Source: an uncultured candidate division Zixibacteria bacterium (GTDB lineage Bacteria; Zixibacteria; MSB-5A5; GN15; FEB-12). From it: 64,000 bases of DNA. Location: NCBI GenBank assembly GCA_963806185.1, contig CAWDXE010000005.1:160001-224000 (forward strand). Reading direction: 5' to 3'. This document shows positions 54,221 to 64,000 of the stretch, piece after piece. The notes under the pieces were generated by a model. It was not told the DNA's origin. It searched no databases and worked only from the letters and a program-made list of their open reading frames with translations. Both the position numbers and the translations under genes were made by a program. Numbering within the stretch: the stretch's first letter is position 1; each line of letters opens with the position of its first letter.

Positions 54221-57070
54221 TTGTCAATCGTGCCATTCGACGACCAAAATGACAACACCCGATCATACGTTCAACTTGCACACGATAGCGTAATCGGGCA
54301 CTACCGGATCATCGAGCGAATCGGCGCCGGCGGGATGGGTGAGGTATATCGGGCCCATGACGAGCTTCTTGACCGACCAGTGGCGATCAAGTTCCTGTCG
54401 GCTCAACGATGCCTGAGTGGGGACTACCGCCGACGTTTCCTGCGGGAGGCACGGGCCGCCGCTCGGCTTCACCATCCCAACATTGTCATGACGCTCGACC
54501 TGGGCGAGAACCAGGGGATTCCCTACATAGTTTTTGAGTATCTCAATCCCCGGACGCTTCGTCAGCGGTTGAATGAGTCTACGCCGGATATTGAAGAAAT
54601 ATTGAGGATTTCGATCGGGCTGGTCGACGCCATCGGCGCGGCGCATCGCCACGGGGTCATTCATCGCGATATCAAACCTTCCAATATCCTGCTCGACGAG
54701 AGCGGCAATCCGAAACTCGTCGATTTTGGCCTGGCCATACTCTCCACCGTCGATTCCGACACGCGCACAGCAGGAATTGTTGGAACGCTGGGTTACATGT
54801 CGCCGGAGCAGGCTCGCGGAGAAGAGATTGACGAGCGCAGTGATTTGTTCTCTCTCGGTGTGGTCATTTACGAGATGATCACGGGAATGAATCCATTTCG
54901 CAGAGACTCCGAGGTCTCCAGCCTTCACGCGCTTATCAATGAAGAACCCGGATCGATCCGCAGGCATCGCGGCGACGTTCCGACTCGCTTGGACGATATT
55001 GTGATGGCCTTATTGCAGAAGGATGCGTCGAGCCGTTACCAATGTGCTGAACACCTTCGCGATGATCTCGTTGCCTGCCGTCAGCCGGCCAGCCTTGACG
55101 GGCCGTTGCGTACCGGGCCGTGTGTGGCCGAGAATCGTCTGGCGGTCATGCCCTTTGATAATCTCGCCTCTGAAGATACAGCGAGTCGCGTCGGCGAGAT
55201 GATCGCCCATCTGTTAATCACCGGCTTATCCGATATCCGAGGCGTCAGCGTGGTGTCAGGCCAGCGCCTGTACGACCTGCTGTCGCTGGAGGGACGACAG
55301 GAGACTCGAAAAATCGATCGATCGATGGCGACGCGCCTGGCCCGCCGGGCGGAAGCTCGCTGGATGTTACTTGGATCAATCTTCAGCCAGACGCCGTTAG
55401 TCTTGACCACACAGCTTGTCGACATTAACAGCGGCCTCCTGGTGAAGGGGCACCGTTTTGCTCTTGCCGCCGAGGCTACCATATTTGACGCCGCCGATCA
55501 GGTGCTGGCCAGGCTGCAAACGGACCTTAGCGATCGCGGCGGTGGACAGATGGGCGGGCCGGTGCCAATCACGAGTCTTACCACCCATTCCGCTGATGCG
55601 TTGCGTCATTACCTGCTGGGCTTCGAGTGGCAAGCACGATGGAATGAAGAAGGAGCCAGGGAGGAATACGAACAGGCGGTAGCGTGCGATCCGACGTTCG
55701 CCATGGCCTATTATGGCCTGGCGACTATCCCCGTGCCGAACCGGATGGCCTTGATCGAGAAAGCGGAGTCTCTGGCGGAACGAGCTACATATCGGGAGCG
55801 GTGTTACATCAGAGCCATGCGGTTGCGCCTTCAGGGGGACCGTCAGGCTTCGATGGCGGTACTCAAGGAACTTCTCGAACGGCACAGTGATGAAAAGCTG
55901 GCCTATCATTGGATTGGCGTTCACCATCACTTCCTGGGCAATTTCGAGGAGGCAATCAAGTATCTTCGCAAAGCCATTGAACTGGATCCGTTGTATTTCC
56001 CGGCCTATAACCAGCTCGTGTACACGCTCAATCGCGCCGGTCAGTTTGAAGAATCCATGATTGTCGCCAACCAGTATATCCAGCTTTCTCCCGATGAACC
56101 CAATCCCTACGACTCGCGCGCGGAGGTGCTCGGCTTTAACGGGCGACTGGAAGCTGCTCTCGCTTCTTATCGTGAGGCACTTGCCCGCACGCCGCTTCTC
56201 CCCCCCAGTCTCATGCGAGCCGGCGTGCTCTATGTTCTGAAGCAGGATTACGATTCGGCCAGGGAGCTTTTCGATCGACTGCCGGCGCTGGTTTCGAGAT
56301 CCCCGTGGATTGACCCGCATGTCTACTACGTGACCATTCCTCTGCGACAAGGCAAGTGGCGCAAGGCGCTGGCGTATCTCGACTGTGGGATTGCAGAAGA
56401 TCTGCCGCACGAGGTGCGCCGGTTGCACGTAGCGTATAAACGCGAACTCAAAGCCATCACATATCTGGAAATGGGCCTGAACGCGGATGCGTTGCGGGAA
56501 ATGGACATGGCTATGCCTTCCTTCGGAACGCAGATATGGTATTACTCCGGCATGCATATGCACATCCTTCATGCTTGGCTATTGGCAAGGAATGGACACA
56601 TATCGGAGGCTCTGAAGAAGGTCGAAAGCGAGGTCGGGCACAGCGACGCGATTGAGCCGGTGCTTCGCATGCGGTATCTGCTGACCCGGGGGCTGGTATA
56701 CTATGAGGCGGGAGATCTTGATCGTGCGGTCGCGCTATTGGAAGAGGCTGACGAGACTAAACCGCGATGGCTCTCGACGGAGCACTTTGTTCTCCAGGGC
56801 ATGTTGGCGCGATCCAACCTGCGTCTCGGCAGGCTGGATCGCGCAGTTGAACTCTTCGAGTCTTCGATGCACGTCTTCGCCGAATCCAGAGCCTGGCTCA
56901 TGCTGTTGGACGTCAAGAATCACTATTATCTCGGATTGGCATATGAACAGTCTGGCTGGGCGACGAAAGCAGCAGAGCAATATCGGACGTTTCTGGAAAC
57001 GTGGAAGGACGCCGAGGACGGATTCCCGGAGATTGAAGACGCAAAGGTACGGCTGGCAAAGCTGCCGTAA
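54221..57070 (+). CDS. Hanks-type Ser/Thr protein kinase with TolB-N-like domain and TPRs
   Basis: GAGGMG, VAIK, HRDIKPSN, DFG, YMSPE; LAVMPFDN; many TPRs. Confidence 0.95.
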   Translation: MSIVPFDDQNDNTRSYVQLAHDSVIGHYRIIERIGAGGMGEVYRAHDELLDRPVAIKFLSAQRCLSGDYRRRFLREARAAARLHHPNIVMTLDLGENQGIPYIVFEYLNPRTLRQRLNESTPDIEEILRISIGLVDAIGAAHRHGVIHRDIKPSNILLDESGNPKLVDFGLAILSTVDSDTRTAGIVGTLGYMSPEQARGEEIDERSDLFSLGVVIYEMITGMNPFRRDSEVSSLHALINEEPGSIRRHRGDVPTRLDDIVMALLQKDASSRYQCAEHLRDDLVACRQPASLDGPLRTGPCVAENRLAVMPFDNLASEDTASRVGEMIAHLLITGLSDIRGVSVVSGQRLYDLLSLEGRQETRKIDRSMATRLARRAEARWMLLGSIFSQTPLVLTTQLVDINSGLLVKGHRFALAAEATIFDAADQVLARLQTDLSDRGGGQMGGPVPITSLTTHSADALRHYLLGFEWQARWNEEGAREEYEQAVACDPTFAMAYYGLATIPVPNRMALIEKAESLAERATYRERCYIRAMRLRLQGDRQASMAVLKELLERHSDEKLAYHWIGVHHHFLGNFEEAIKYLRKAIELDPLYFPAYNQLVYTLNRAGQFEESMIVANQYIQLSPDEPNPYDSRAEVLGFNGRLEAALASYREALARTPLLPPSLMRAGVLYVLKQDYDSARELFDRLPALVSRSPWIDPHVYYVTIPLRQGKWRKALAYLDCGIAEDLPHEVRRLHVAYKRELKAITYLEMGLNADALREMDMAMPSFGTQIWYYSGMHMHILHAWLLARNGHISEALKKVESEVGHSDAIEPVLRMRYLLTRGLVYYEAGDLDRAVALLEEADETKPRWLSTEHFVLQGMLARSNLRLGRLDRAVELFESSMHVFAESRAWLMLLDVKNHYYLGLAYEQSGWATKAAEQYRTFLETWKDAEDGFPEIEDAKVRLAKLP

Positions 57071-57440
57071 AGTTCATCGCGCGGCGGCGCTTCAACCCAA
57101 CCGCTTTGCCGGTCACAAAGTCCTTCCCCCGGCTTCGATTTGCGATCTACATTGCCTTGCCCCGAATTTACGCTCATGCGTTCACTCAGTTCATTCACAC
57201 ACTAATCCGTCAAGTATTGTGCGACGAATCAGGTGGAACGCCATCCTGATTGCTACTCGGCGCATGGCCGGAGCCAGACAGAACTTGTTCGGCGCCAGAT
57301 TCGGGCGTATAATCAGATGCAATGCATGCCCGTAATGGTCCATGCTAACCGGAGTACCCGGGAAATCAAAAGAAGGCCTGCCCAGAGATGAACTTCAGGA
57401 GCCTTCTTCGAGCTGACCGGTGATATAAGGAGATTTTGTT

Positions 57441-58151
57441 ATGAGGAATGTAAGCCATTTTTGTCGGTCACTGTGCGTGCTGACCTGTTTCTTCGCGACC
57501 GTGCTGGCAGCCGCAGCCGGTTTCGCACAGGAAACCACTAAATCAATGCTGACTGACCCGCGCATGGTGGTGATCCCGTCCCGCACACAAGCTGAGATCG
57601 GCAGCGATATCGATAACGCTACAGCCGCCAAACAACTTGCGCTGGATCGCAAGTCACAATCTGAGCTTCGACTCAAACAGATTGAAAGCACTATTGAGTC
57701 GAAGAAGCTGGCCCTCAAAGACGTCAATCGTCGAAAGGATGAAGCCAAGAAGTCCAAGAACGAATCCGGGATAATCGCCGCGCAGATCGAGACCAAGGCC
57801 AATGAACAGGCCGTCGATCTGTTGAATAAACTCAAGGATCTTCGCAAAGCCGAGATCGAGGCCGCCCAGGTCGAAACCGAGCAAGCCGAGATAGACATAA
57901 GTGTTTTGCAGATGGAACGTGAACTGCTGCTCAAGCGAGTGGCCTATGATTCGCTCTCGGCCTCGGGCGTTGACAACCTGACGCTCACCACCGCGCAACA
58001 AGTTCTCAGAGAGCTCGAGGTTCGGCTATTGAAACTGCAGCAGGACCAGGCGAGTCAGACCCAGAAACTGGCGTCGAAGCAGAAAGATATCATTTCGCGG
58101 CGGATGAAACTTCACGAAGCCCAGCTCAAGATGGGCATGCCAAGAGCATAG
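57441..58151 (+). CDS. Secreted coiled-coil protein
   Basis: AGGAG RBS, signal peptide ending GFA-Q, long heptad-rich helix. Confidence 0.75.
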   Translation: MRNVSHFCRSLCVLTCFFATVLAAAAGFAQETTKSMLTDPRMVVIPSRTQAEIGSDIDNATAAKQLALDRKSQSELRLKQIESTIESKKLALKDVNRRKDEAKKSKNESGIIAAQIETKANEQAVDLLNKLKDLRKAEIEAAQVETEQAEIDISVLQMERELLLKRVAYDSLSASGVDNLTLTTAQQVLRELEVRLLKLQQDQASQTQKLASKQKDIISRRMKLHEAQLKMGMPRA

Positions 58152-58177
58152 CCGCCACAAGTTTGCCGCAATAACAC

Positions 58178-58208
58178 AAAACCAGCAGGGAACTTCCTTG
58201 CTGGTTTT
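58178..58208. terminator. Bidirectional terminator
   Basis: AAAACCAGCAGGGAA...TTCCTTGCTGGTTTT between convergent genes. Confidence 0.7.
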
Positions 58209-58254
58209 CATTGAGTTCTACGCTTTGGAGCACGTTTGATTTCGCGGATCGGCG

Positions 58255-58554
58255 TCAGGGAGTCTTTTTCATCGCCTGACGAATCAACCCGATAATTGCC
58301 ATCAACACACCTCCGCCCACACCACCGCCGGCAACACTGGAAATGAGGGAACTCATTTCAAAGCTGCCGCCACCGGCTCCACCGGCTGCACCCGCTCCAA
58401 GCATCCCGAGTAACTGGCCGCCCAACCCTCCGCCGATGATACCAGCAATGGAATTGCCGATCGGCCCAAGACTGAGTTTCTTCATGACTGACCCTGCGGC
58501 GTTGCCGCCTGCCGCACCGGCAACCAATTGAATAATTAAACTAGTAATATCCAT
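58255..58554 (-). CDS. Small Gly-rich membrane protein
   Basis: GGAGG RBS; IIQLVAGAAGGN...GIIGGGLGGQ glycine-zipper helices. Confidence 0.8.
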   Translation of the reverse strand: MDITSLIIQLVAGAAGGNAAGSVMKKLSLGPIGNSIAGIIGGGLGGQLLGMLGAGAAGGAGGGSFEMSSLISSVAGGGVGGGVLMAIIGLIRQAMKKTP

Positions 58555-58721
58555 AAGACCTCCATGGTTGAATCTGGCGTTTCGTGATTCTCATCAACTA
58601 CCAGAAAGCGATTTCGTTTCGCCCCCGCAATCCAAGTTACATCGTGCACAAACTGGGGCCGCGTATCAGTTGTTCGCGCGGCAAGCCCAGACCCTTCCCC
58701 GGCCGGTCTGCCCCGCGGACC

Positions 58722-58973
58722 TCACCGCAGCAGGCGTATCACAACAAGCAACACCACGGCACCGATCACCGACATCAGCAGTCCTGTGCGGTGGAACTTC
58801 TCGCCCGGCACGGGGGTTTTGACGCGACCGCCGATATAGCCGCCAATAACCGAACCGATGATGCCAACGGCGGTTGTAGCCAGAAATCCCATGTGATCGG
58901 CTCCGGGCAAAACAGCCCGGGCGATGAGACCGGCGAAGAAACCAATGACAATCCACCAGAGGAGATTCATCAT
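58722..58973 (-). CDS. GlsB/YeaQ/YmgE (transglycosylase-associated) membrane protein
   Basis: WIVIGFFAGLIARAVLPG...GIIGSVIGG...SVIGAVVLL. Confidence 0.9.
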   Translation of the reverse strand: MMNLLWWIVIGFFAGLIARAVLPGADHMGFLATTAVGIIGSVIGGYIGGRVKTPVPGEKFHRTGLLMSVIGAVVLLVVIRLLR

Positions 58974-59539
58974 GACACACTCCTTTCCCTATATCGAGAG
59001 TTCACACACGCTCTTCAGCCACATCCGCGGAAGGCGAGACGAATGCCTCGTAGTGGGTCCTTACACCGCCGGGCGACAGGGAAACTCAATCGCATACACC
59101 GCCGCGCCGCGGTCCCGCCCGGGCGTACGCGAGCATTTATTCGCAGCACCGGCAAATACCTGCGCCTGCTTACCGAACAGACCTGAACTGACATATGATT
59201 GCATGCGTGTTGCACCTACTACCTCTGTCAACCGCACACGAGCGTGTGACTCTCGTGCAATTACGGTTCAACTGAGAAATCGGTCGCGATGATAGTTAAG
59301 TGTAGCGAACTGTTTACCTGAGGGCAAGGTTTTTTCTGGGATCTTGTCGCGGTCGATTCGCCCTATGCCGCGTTACAATCACCGACTTCCCCGTCACGGC
59401 GGACCTGCAACAAAACGTTGTTTCCGATGACCACGCATCGTACCTTTTGCGAATCGGCAAACGCACGTTGCGCCGTTGCGGAAGTGTCCTTCGCAAGAAG
59501 ATGACATGACGGTGAGTGCTGCCGGGAGAGGAGATACCC

Positions 59540-61150
59540 ATGAGGCCGCCAACGATACTGTCACTCGGCACGTTCGTCGCCGTCTGCCTGCTCATTTCCG
59601 CTGCGTTTCCGTGCACCAGCCTGCTGGTCACCAAAGGAGCTTCTTCAAATGGTTCGGTGATGATCACCTATACCTGCGACGGTGAATTCCACCCCCATCT
59701 CCGCTGCGATCCGCCCGCCGACTACAAGACAGGCGATTCGCTGGCCATTACCGATTGGGGAGACAGGGTGCGGGGTTATGTGAAGCAGGTTGCTCACACC
59801 TACAACGTGGTCGGTTACATTAATGAACATCAGGTCGCGATCGGCGAGACTACTTTTGGCGGCCGCGAAGAATTGGAGGACACCACCGGTCTGCTTGAGT
59901 ATTGGGATATGATGCATCTTGCGCTGCAGAGAGCCAAAACCGCCCGCGAAGCTATACAAGTAATGACCGATCTGGTGGCGCAATACGGGTACCGTTCGAC
60001 CGGTGAATCGTTTTCCATTGCCGATCCGACAGAGGCCTGGTATATGGAAATGATTGGGCGCGGTCCGGGCGGCCACGGTGCCGTCTGGGTGGCGGTGAGA
60101 ATTCCCGATGGATCAATCTCCTGTCATGCCAACAAGGCGCGCATCGGTGAATTTCCATTGAGCGACTCGAAAAACTGCATCTACTCAAAGGATGTCATTT
60201 CGTTTGCGACCGCCAAAGGGTACTATGATCCAAAATCGGGTCAGCCGTTCCGTTTCTGCGACGCGTACTGTCCCGCCACACCGAGAAACCTGCGCTACGC
60301 CGAAACCCGAGTCTGGAGTATTTTTCGCCGGGCGGCGCCGTCGCAGGAATTCTCTCCTGACTATCACCGGGCCGTGCCCGGTGCCAAGCCGTATCCGCTC
60401 TGGATAACGCCGGATACGAAGCTTTCGGTGGCCGACGTATTCAATTTGATGCGCGACCACTACGAAGGCACGCCGTACGACATGACCAAAGGAATCGACG
60501 CCGGCCCGTACGGGGCGCCTGATCACGTTCGACCGGTTACCTGGACGCTTGATAGCGCTACCTACAGCTGGGAACGGCCGATTTCGACTCAACAGACCGG
60601 GTTTTCTTTTGTAACGCAATCGCGCGCCGCTCTCCCCAACGCAATCGGCGGCATCATGTGGTACGGCTTGGATAACACTTACAGCTCCTGCTATGTCCCA
60701 ATGTACTGCGGGAATACCTCCGTGCCCCATTCGTATACAGTCGGTCGACTCGATACTTTTTCGTGGGAGTCGGCCTGGTGGGTGTTCAACTTCGTGGCCA
60801 ATTTCGCCAACCTGAAATACTCGTCGATGATGCCGGAGATTAAGGCGGTGCAAAGCGAGCTGGAGGGCGATTTCCTGAAAGATCAACCGGCTATCGAGAA
60901 AGCGGCGCTCACACTGGCGATGTCTGATACCGCGCTGGCAATCAAGTATCTGACCGAATATTCAGTGAGTAATGCCGACAAGGTTGTCGCACGCTGGAAA
61001 GCGCTGGGCGAACACTTTATCGCCAAGTACAATGACGGATACATTCAGGACGATGAAGGCGAGCCGCAGGAGAAAGGATATCCCGAGGACTGGCTGCGCG
61101 AGGTGACCAAAGCGCGCCCGGAGCAGTTTAGATTGCCGAAAGGTGATTGA
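59540..61150 (+). CDS. Peptidase C69 family dipeptidase (Ntn hydrolase)
   Basis: Signal peptide then CTSLLVTKGAS, INEHQVAIGETT, LQRAKTAREAI, RDHYEGT, ERPIS. Confidence 0.92.
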   Translation: MRPPTILSLGTFVAVCLLISAAFPCTSLLVTKGASSNGSVMITYTCDGEFHPHLRCDPPADYKTGDSLAITDWGDRVRGYVKQVAHTYNVVGYINEHQVAIGETTFGGREELEDTTGLLEYWDMMHLALQRAKTAREAIQVMTDLVAQYGYRSTGESFSIADPTEAWYMEMIGRGPGGHGAVWVAVRIPDGSISCHANKARIGEFPLSDSKNCIYSKDVISFATAKGYYDPKSGQPFRFCDAYCPATPRNLRYAETRVWSIFRRAAPSQEFSPDYHRAVPGAKPYPLWITPDTKLSVADVFNLMRDHYEGTPYDMTKGIDAGPYGAPDHVRPVTWTLDSATYSWERPISTQQTGFSFVTQSRAALPNAIGGIMWYGLDNTYSSCYVPMYCGNTSVPHSYTVGRLDTFSWESAWWVFNFVANFANLKYSSMMPEIKAVQSELEGDFLKDQPAIEKAALTLAMSDTALAIKYLTEYSVSNADKVVARWKALGEHFIAKYNDGYIQDDEGEPQEKGYPEDWLREVTKARPEQFRLPKGD

Positions 61151-61289
61151 AGTTCGTCCGAATCATCGCAGCATATAAGAACCGGCCGGCTGGCACTCTC
61201 GCCAACCGGCCGATCACATTACATGGCAATTTGATCAATCCCCCAATCCCTGAAGCTGCTCTGCGGCGCGCGTCCTCACCGCGACGCAG

Positions 61290-61661
61290 CTACTTTGCCG
61301 CTGTGGCCTTGCGTCGTTCGATCAGGTCGAGTACCAGCGCTCGAAATTCCTGCAGGCGGCAGTTTACCTTGCACTGGCGGAGTTCATCGATCCGGGCGCA
61401 GTAGCCGGAGCATTCGGGCTGGCGATGGTGGGATGGCGGCCTCTCAGACTCCGGCAGATGGGCCTCGATGTCACTGCTCGGGATGACAAACGACGAGCGG
61501 CATTTCGGCTCAAGGTGCGTAAAATGCAGGTAACATCGGTTGAAATCCTCGGGATCGATGGCCAGACCGTCCGGTTCGATTTCGAGACTGTAAAATATAT
61601 CGTCCAGGGTGAACGATTTCCCGCACCCCGGACAAAGCTTGATAGCAGTATTCTCCGCCAA
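61290..61661 (-). CDS. Cys/His-rich hypothetical protein
   Basis: CPGC, CYLHFTH, C, CSGYC and CKVNC clusters; lies in a gap between two plus-strand genes. Confidence 0.65.
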   Translation of the reverse strand: MAENTAIKLCPGCGKSFTLDDIFYSLEIEPDGLAIDPEDFNRCYLHFTHLEPKCRSSFVIPSSDIEAHLPESERPPSHHRQPECSGYCARIDELRQCKVNCRLQEFRALVLDLIERRKATAAK

Positions 61662-61943
61662 TATACCCCCGTTGAACTAAGCCACGGATTATGCTCGAAT
61701 TATCGGCACTGAACGACCGATCATCGAGGTAAATCTGATCGAAATTGTATTCATTCCCCTCGAGGCCAATTCCCTATCTTCAAACTGCCTGCCCGGCAGG
61801 CCTCACCTGCGTTCCGCGGAGCAGGAGGCAGCCCGGCCCGTGATCCCAGTCTAATTTGTCACGCGAAGGCCGGGATAGCTATTGACGTTACGGGTCGACC
61901 TGTTTCATATTGGTATGTCGCATCCACGTTCAAGGAGAATCAT

Positions 61944-63455
61944 ATGGTCACCACCGGACCGAAAGTGTGGAGCGTGTTCGCTCTGGCACTCACTGCTGTC
62001 GCTGCCATCACCCTCTCGTGTTCCAGTTCGGGTTCGGGAGGCGTTGATCAGGACGACGACTCCTACCCCTCGTCAATCGTCGATCTTCGCGTTAACGCCG
62101 TGACGGTGAACTCGGCAAGTCTGCGTTGGACTGCCCCGGGTGCCGACAGCACTTCCGGTCGAGCTGCCCTGTATGATATTCGGATTTCCGATCACGAGAT
62201 CACCTGGCAGAACTGGGATTCGGCGACCGCGTTGACGGGTGAGCCGACACCAAGCCCGGCTGGATCGACTGATTCGATGATCGTCACGGGCCTGCTGACC
62301 GATTCGACCTACTGTTTCGCTATCAAGTCCAAGAACAGCGGCGGGCGCTGGTCCTGGCTGTCCAATTGTGTCGAGGTCACGTGCTTCGACAATTACGAGG
62401 TTACCTTTCCGGATGTTCGGCTGGGCGCAGTTATCCGACACACGCTCAGCAAACCGACGGGCTCCATCTACCGTCTGGACCTGTTGGGCGTACAGTCGAT
62501 CATTGCCAACAACGACTCGATCGCGGACTTGACCGGGCTGGAGCATTGCCCTAACCTTCAGAGTATTCTGCTATATCAGAACAAAGTCGGCAACCTTGCG
62601 CCACTGGCCGGACTCACTAACCTTCGGCAGATTCAAATGGGCAAGAATCAGATTTCTGATATTACTCCCTTGGCTGAGTTGGTGAATCTGGAGCAAGTCA
62701 TTCTGAACGAGAACCAGATTACCGATATCAGCGCGCTGACTGATCTGACCAAACTGGCCGACATCAATCTCGCCACGAATAATATCACCAGCGTCGCCGG
62801 TTTGGCGGGCAAGCCGGGCATGACCATGCTGATACTGTCATCAAACAACATTGCCGATCTCAGCCCGTTGGCCGGTCTCACGAATGTCACCTACCTGGAT
62901 CTTGCCGACAACGAAATCGTTTCGGTGGTCGCCTTGAGCGGCCTGACCAAAGTCACGGCGCTCAACCTCTATCACAACAAGATTGTCGATATCACTCCGT
63001 TGACCGGCCTGATCGACCTGGATATGCTCAGCCTCTGGAGCAACCAGATTACCGACATCTCTGCCTTGGCGGGACTCACCAAATTGCGCACCCTCTACCT
63101 GATCAGCAATCAGGTAACCAGTGTCGCCGGATTGGCGAATCTGACCATGCTTCAGTGGCTCTACCTGTCCCAGAATCCGATTACGGACGTGAGTCCGCTG
63201 GCCAATCTGACAGCGCTCAAGGATCTACAGTTACAATACTGTCAGGTGGTCGACCTCACCCCGCTTCAGAATCTGGTCAATCTTGAGAAGCTGGTGCTCA
63301 ATTACAATCTGGTAGTTGATATCGCTCCGCTCGTGGCAAACAGTGGCTTGGGAGACGGCGATATACTCTACCTCACCGGCAATCCCTTGTCGGATCTGTC
63401 ACGCTATACGCACGTGCCGGCACTTCAGGCCAGAGGAGTGTCCGTCACGCTGTAA
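61944..63455 (+). CDS. Lipoprotein with fibronectin III domain and internalin-type leucine-rich repeats
   Basis: AGGAG RBS, lipobox TLSC, LRWTAPG...YDIR FN3 domain, 22-aa repeats such as LAGLTNLRQIQMGKNQISDITP. Confidence 0.92.
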   Translation: MVTTGPKVWSVFALALTAVAAITLSCSSSGSGGVDQDDDSYPSSIVDLRVNAVTVNSASLRWTAPGADSTSGRAALYDIRISDHEITWQNWDSATALTGEPTPSPAGSTDSMIVTGLLTDSTYCFAIKSKNSGGRWSWLSNCVEVTCFDNYEVTFPDVRLGAVIRHTLSKPTGSIYRLDLLGVQSIIANNDSIADLTGLEHCPNLQSILLYQNKVGNLAPLAGLTNLRQIQMGKNQISDITPLAELVNLEQVILNENQITDISALTDLTKLADINLATNNITSVAGLAGKPGMTMLILSSNNIADLSPLAGLTNVTYLDLADNEIVSVVALSGLTKVTALNLYHNKIVDITPLTGLIDLDMLSLWSNQITDISALAGLTKLRTLYLISNQVTSVAGLANLTMLQWLYLSQNPITDVSPLANLTALKDLQLQYCQVVDLTPLQNLVNLEKLVLNYNLVVDIAPLVANSGLGDGDILYLTGNPLSDLSRYTHVPALQARGVSVTL

Positions 63456-63574
63456 AGAACCACGCCATAGTCTGGTTTTTCCTTTTCCCTTGCCGTCGGA
63501 ACGCTCGTGTTCTATGATACGCCCAACGCAGATAATTGGGTCTACATGACCGTTTTCGATTGGGAGTATCTATC

Positions 63575-64000
63575 GTGGCTGAAAAGACATTGGCATCGAT
63601 TACGCAGATTGCCGACACCACCGCCAATCCGGCACCATTGGGGCTGCTTGGATTTGGCATGACCACAGTCCTGCTCAATTTCCACAATGCCGGTTTTTAT
63701 GAACTGAACACCATGATTCTCGCCATGGGGATATTCTACGGCGGAGTGGCACAGGTCATCGCCGGGGCAATGGAGTGGAAGAAAAAGAATACCTTTGGCA
63801 CCGTCGCCTTCACGTCGTACGGTCTCTTTTGGCTGACGTTGGTAGCACTTTTAGTGATGCCGAAAATGGGGTGGGGGGATGCGGCCTCCAAGCCCGCGAT
63901 GGCCGCCTATCTATTTATGTGGGGCCTGTTCACCGGTTGCATGTTCATTGGCACGTTGAGATTGAATCGCGCGCTGCAGTTCGTGTTTGCCTCGCTGACT
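63575..64000 (+). CDS. satP: Acetate/succinate uptake transporter (GPR1/FUN34/YaaH family), truncated by the window end
   Basis: Manual translation: [19 protein letters not shown]...FYGGVAQ...NTFG...SYGLFW; GGGAG RBS and GTG start. Not in the ORF track because there is no stop. Confidence 0.93.
   Translation, partial: MAEKTLASITQIADTTANPAPLGLLGFGMTTVLLNFHNAGFYELNTMILAMGIFYGGVAQVIAGAMEWKKKNTFGTVAFTSYGLFWLTLVALLVMPKMGWGDAASKPAMAAYLFMWGLFTGCMFIGTLRLNRALQFVFASLT

Noticed and set aside
58980..59530. Riboswitch or ncRNA in this long intergenic region (also 48120-48530, 51100-51560 and 57075-57435)
   Set aside because: No riboswitch or ncRNA consensus could be recognised by eye; an Rfam covariance search would be needed.

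Overview
GC-rich bacterial chromosome segment. Gene style (a Ser/Thr kinase-TPR protein, an FN3-LRR lipoprotein, many secreted proteins) loosely suggests an FCB-type uncultured lineage such as Zixibacteria; this is inference only. The left third is core housekeeping DNA on the minus strand: the F1Fo ATP synthase operon (atpZ-I-B-E-F-H-A-G-D-C), then yceD-rpmF-plsX-fabH-fabD-fabG-acpP-fabF-rnc and a small basic HTH/histone-H1-like gene. Several core genes (fabF, fabD, atpI, atpH, atpA, atpG, atpD, mfd) are split by small indels, most likely assembly errors. The middle and right hold mfd, an orphan motAB pair, a CPA2 antiporter, an initiator tRNA-Met and many accessory genes. Most notable: (1) a translationally coupled operon of a cNMP-binding histidine kinase, a DUF3307-type membrane protein and a double class III cyclase-STAND ATPase-TPR protein; (2) a 314-bp unit with a small GIY-YIG nuclease between tRNA-Met and a degenerate, palindrome-interrupted copy of it; (3) two intergenic mosaics of several REP-like palindrome families that share members; (4) a lone CDC-like (thiol-activated cytolysin fold) lipoprotein; (5) a di-heme peroxidase-family gene paired with a CxxCH-bearing outer-membrane porin. 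No CRISPR array, rRNA, integrase or transposase was recognised. All calls come from reading motifs by eye; no database searches were run.
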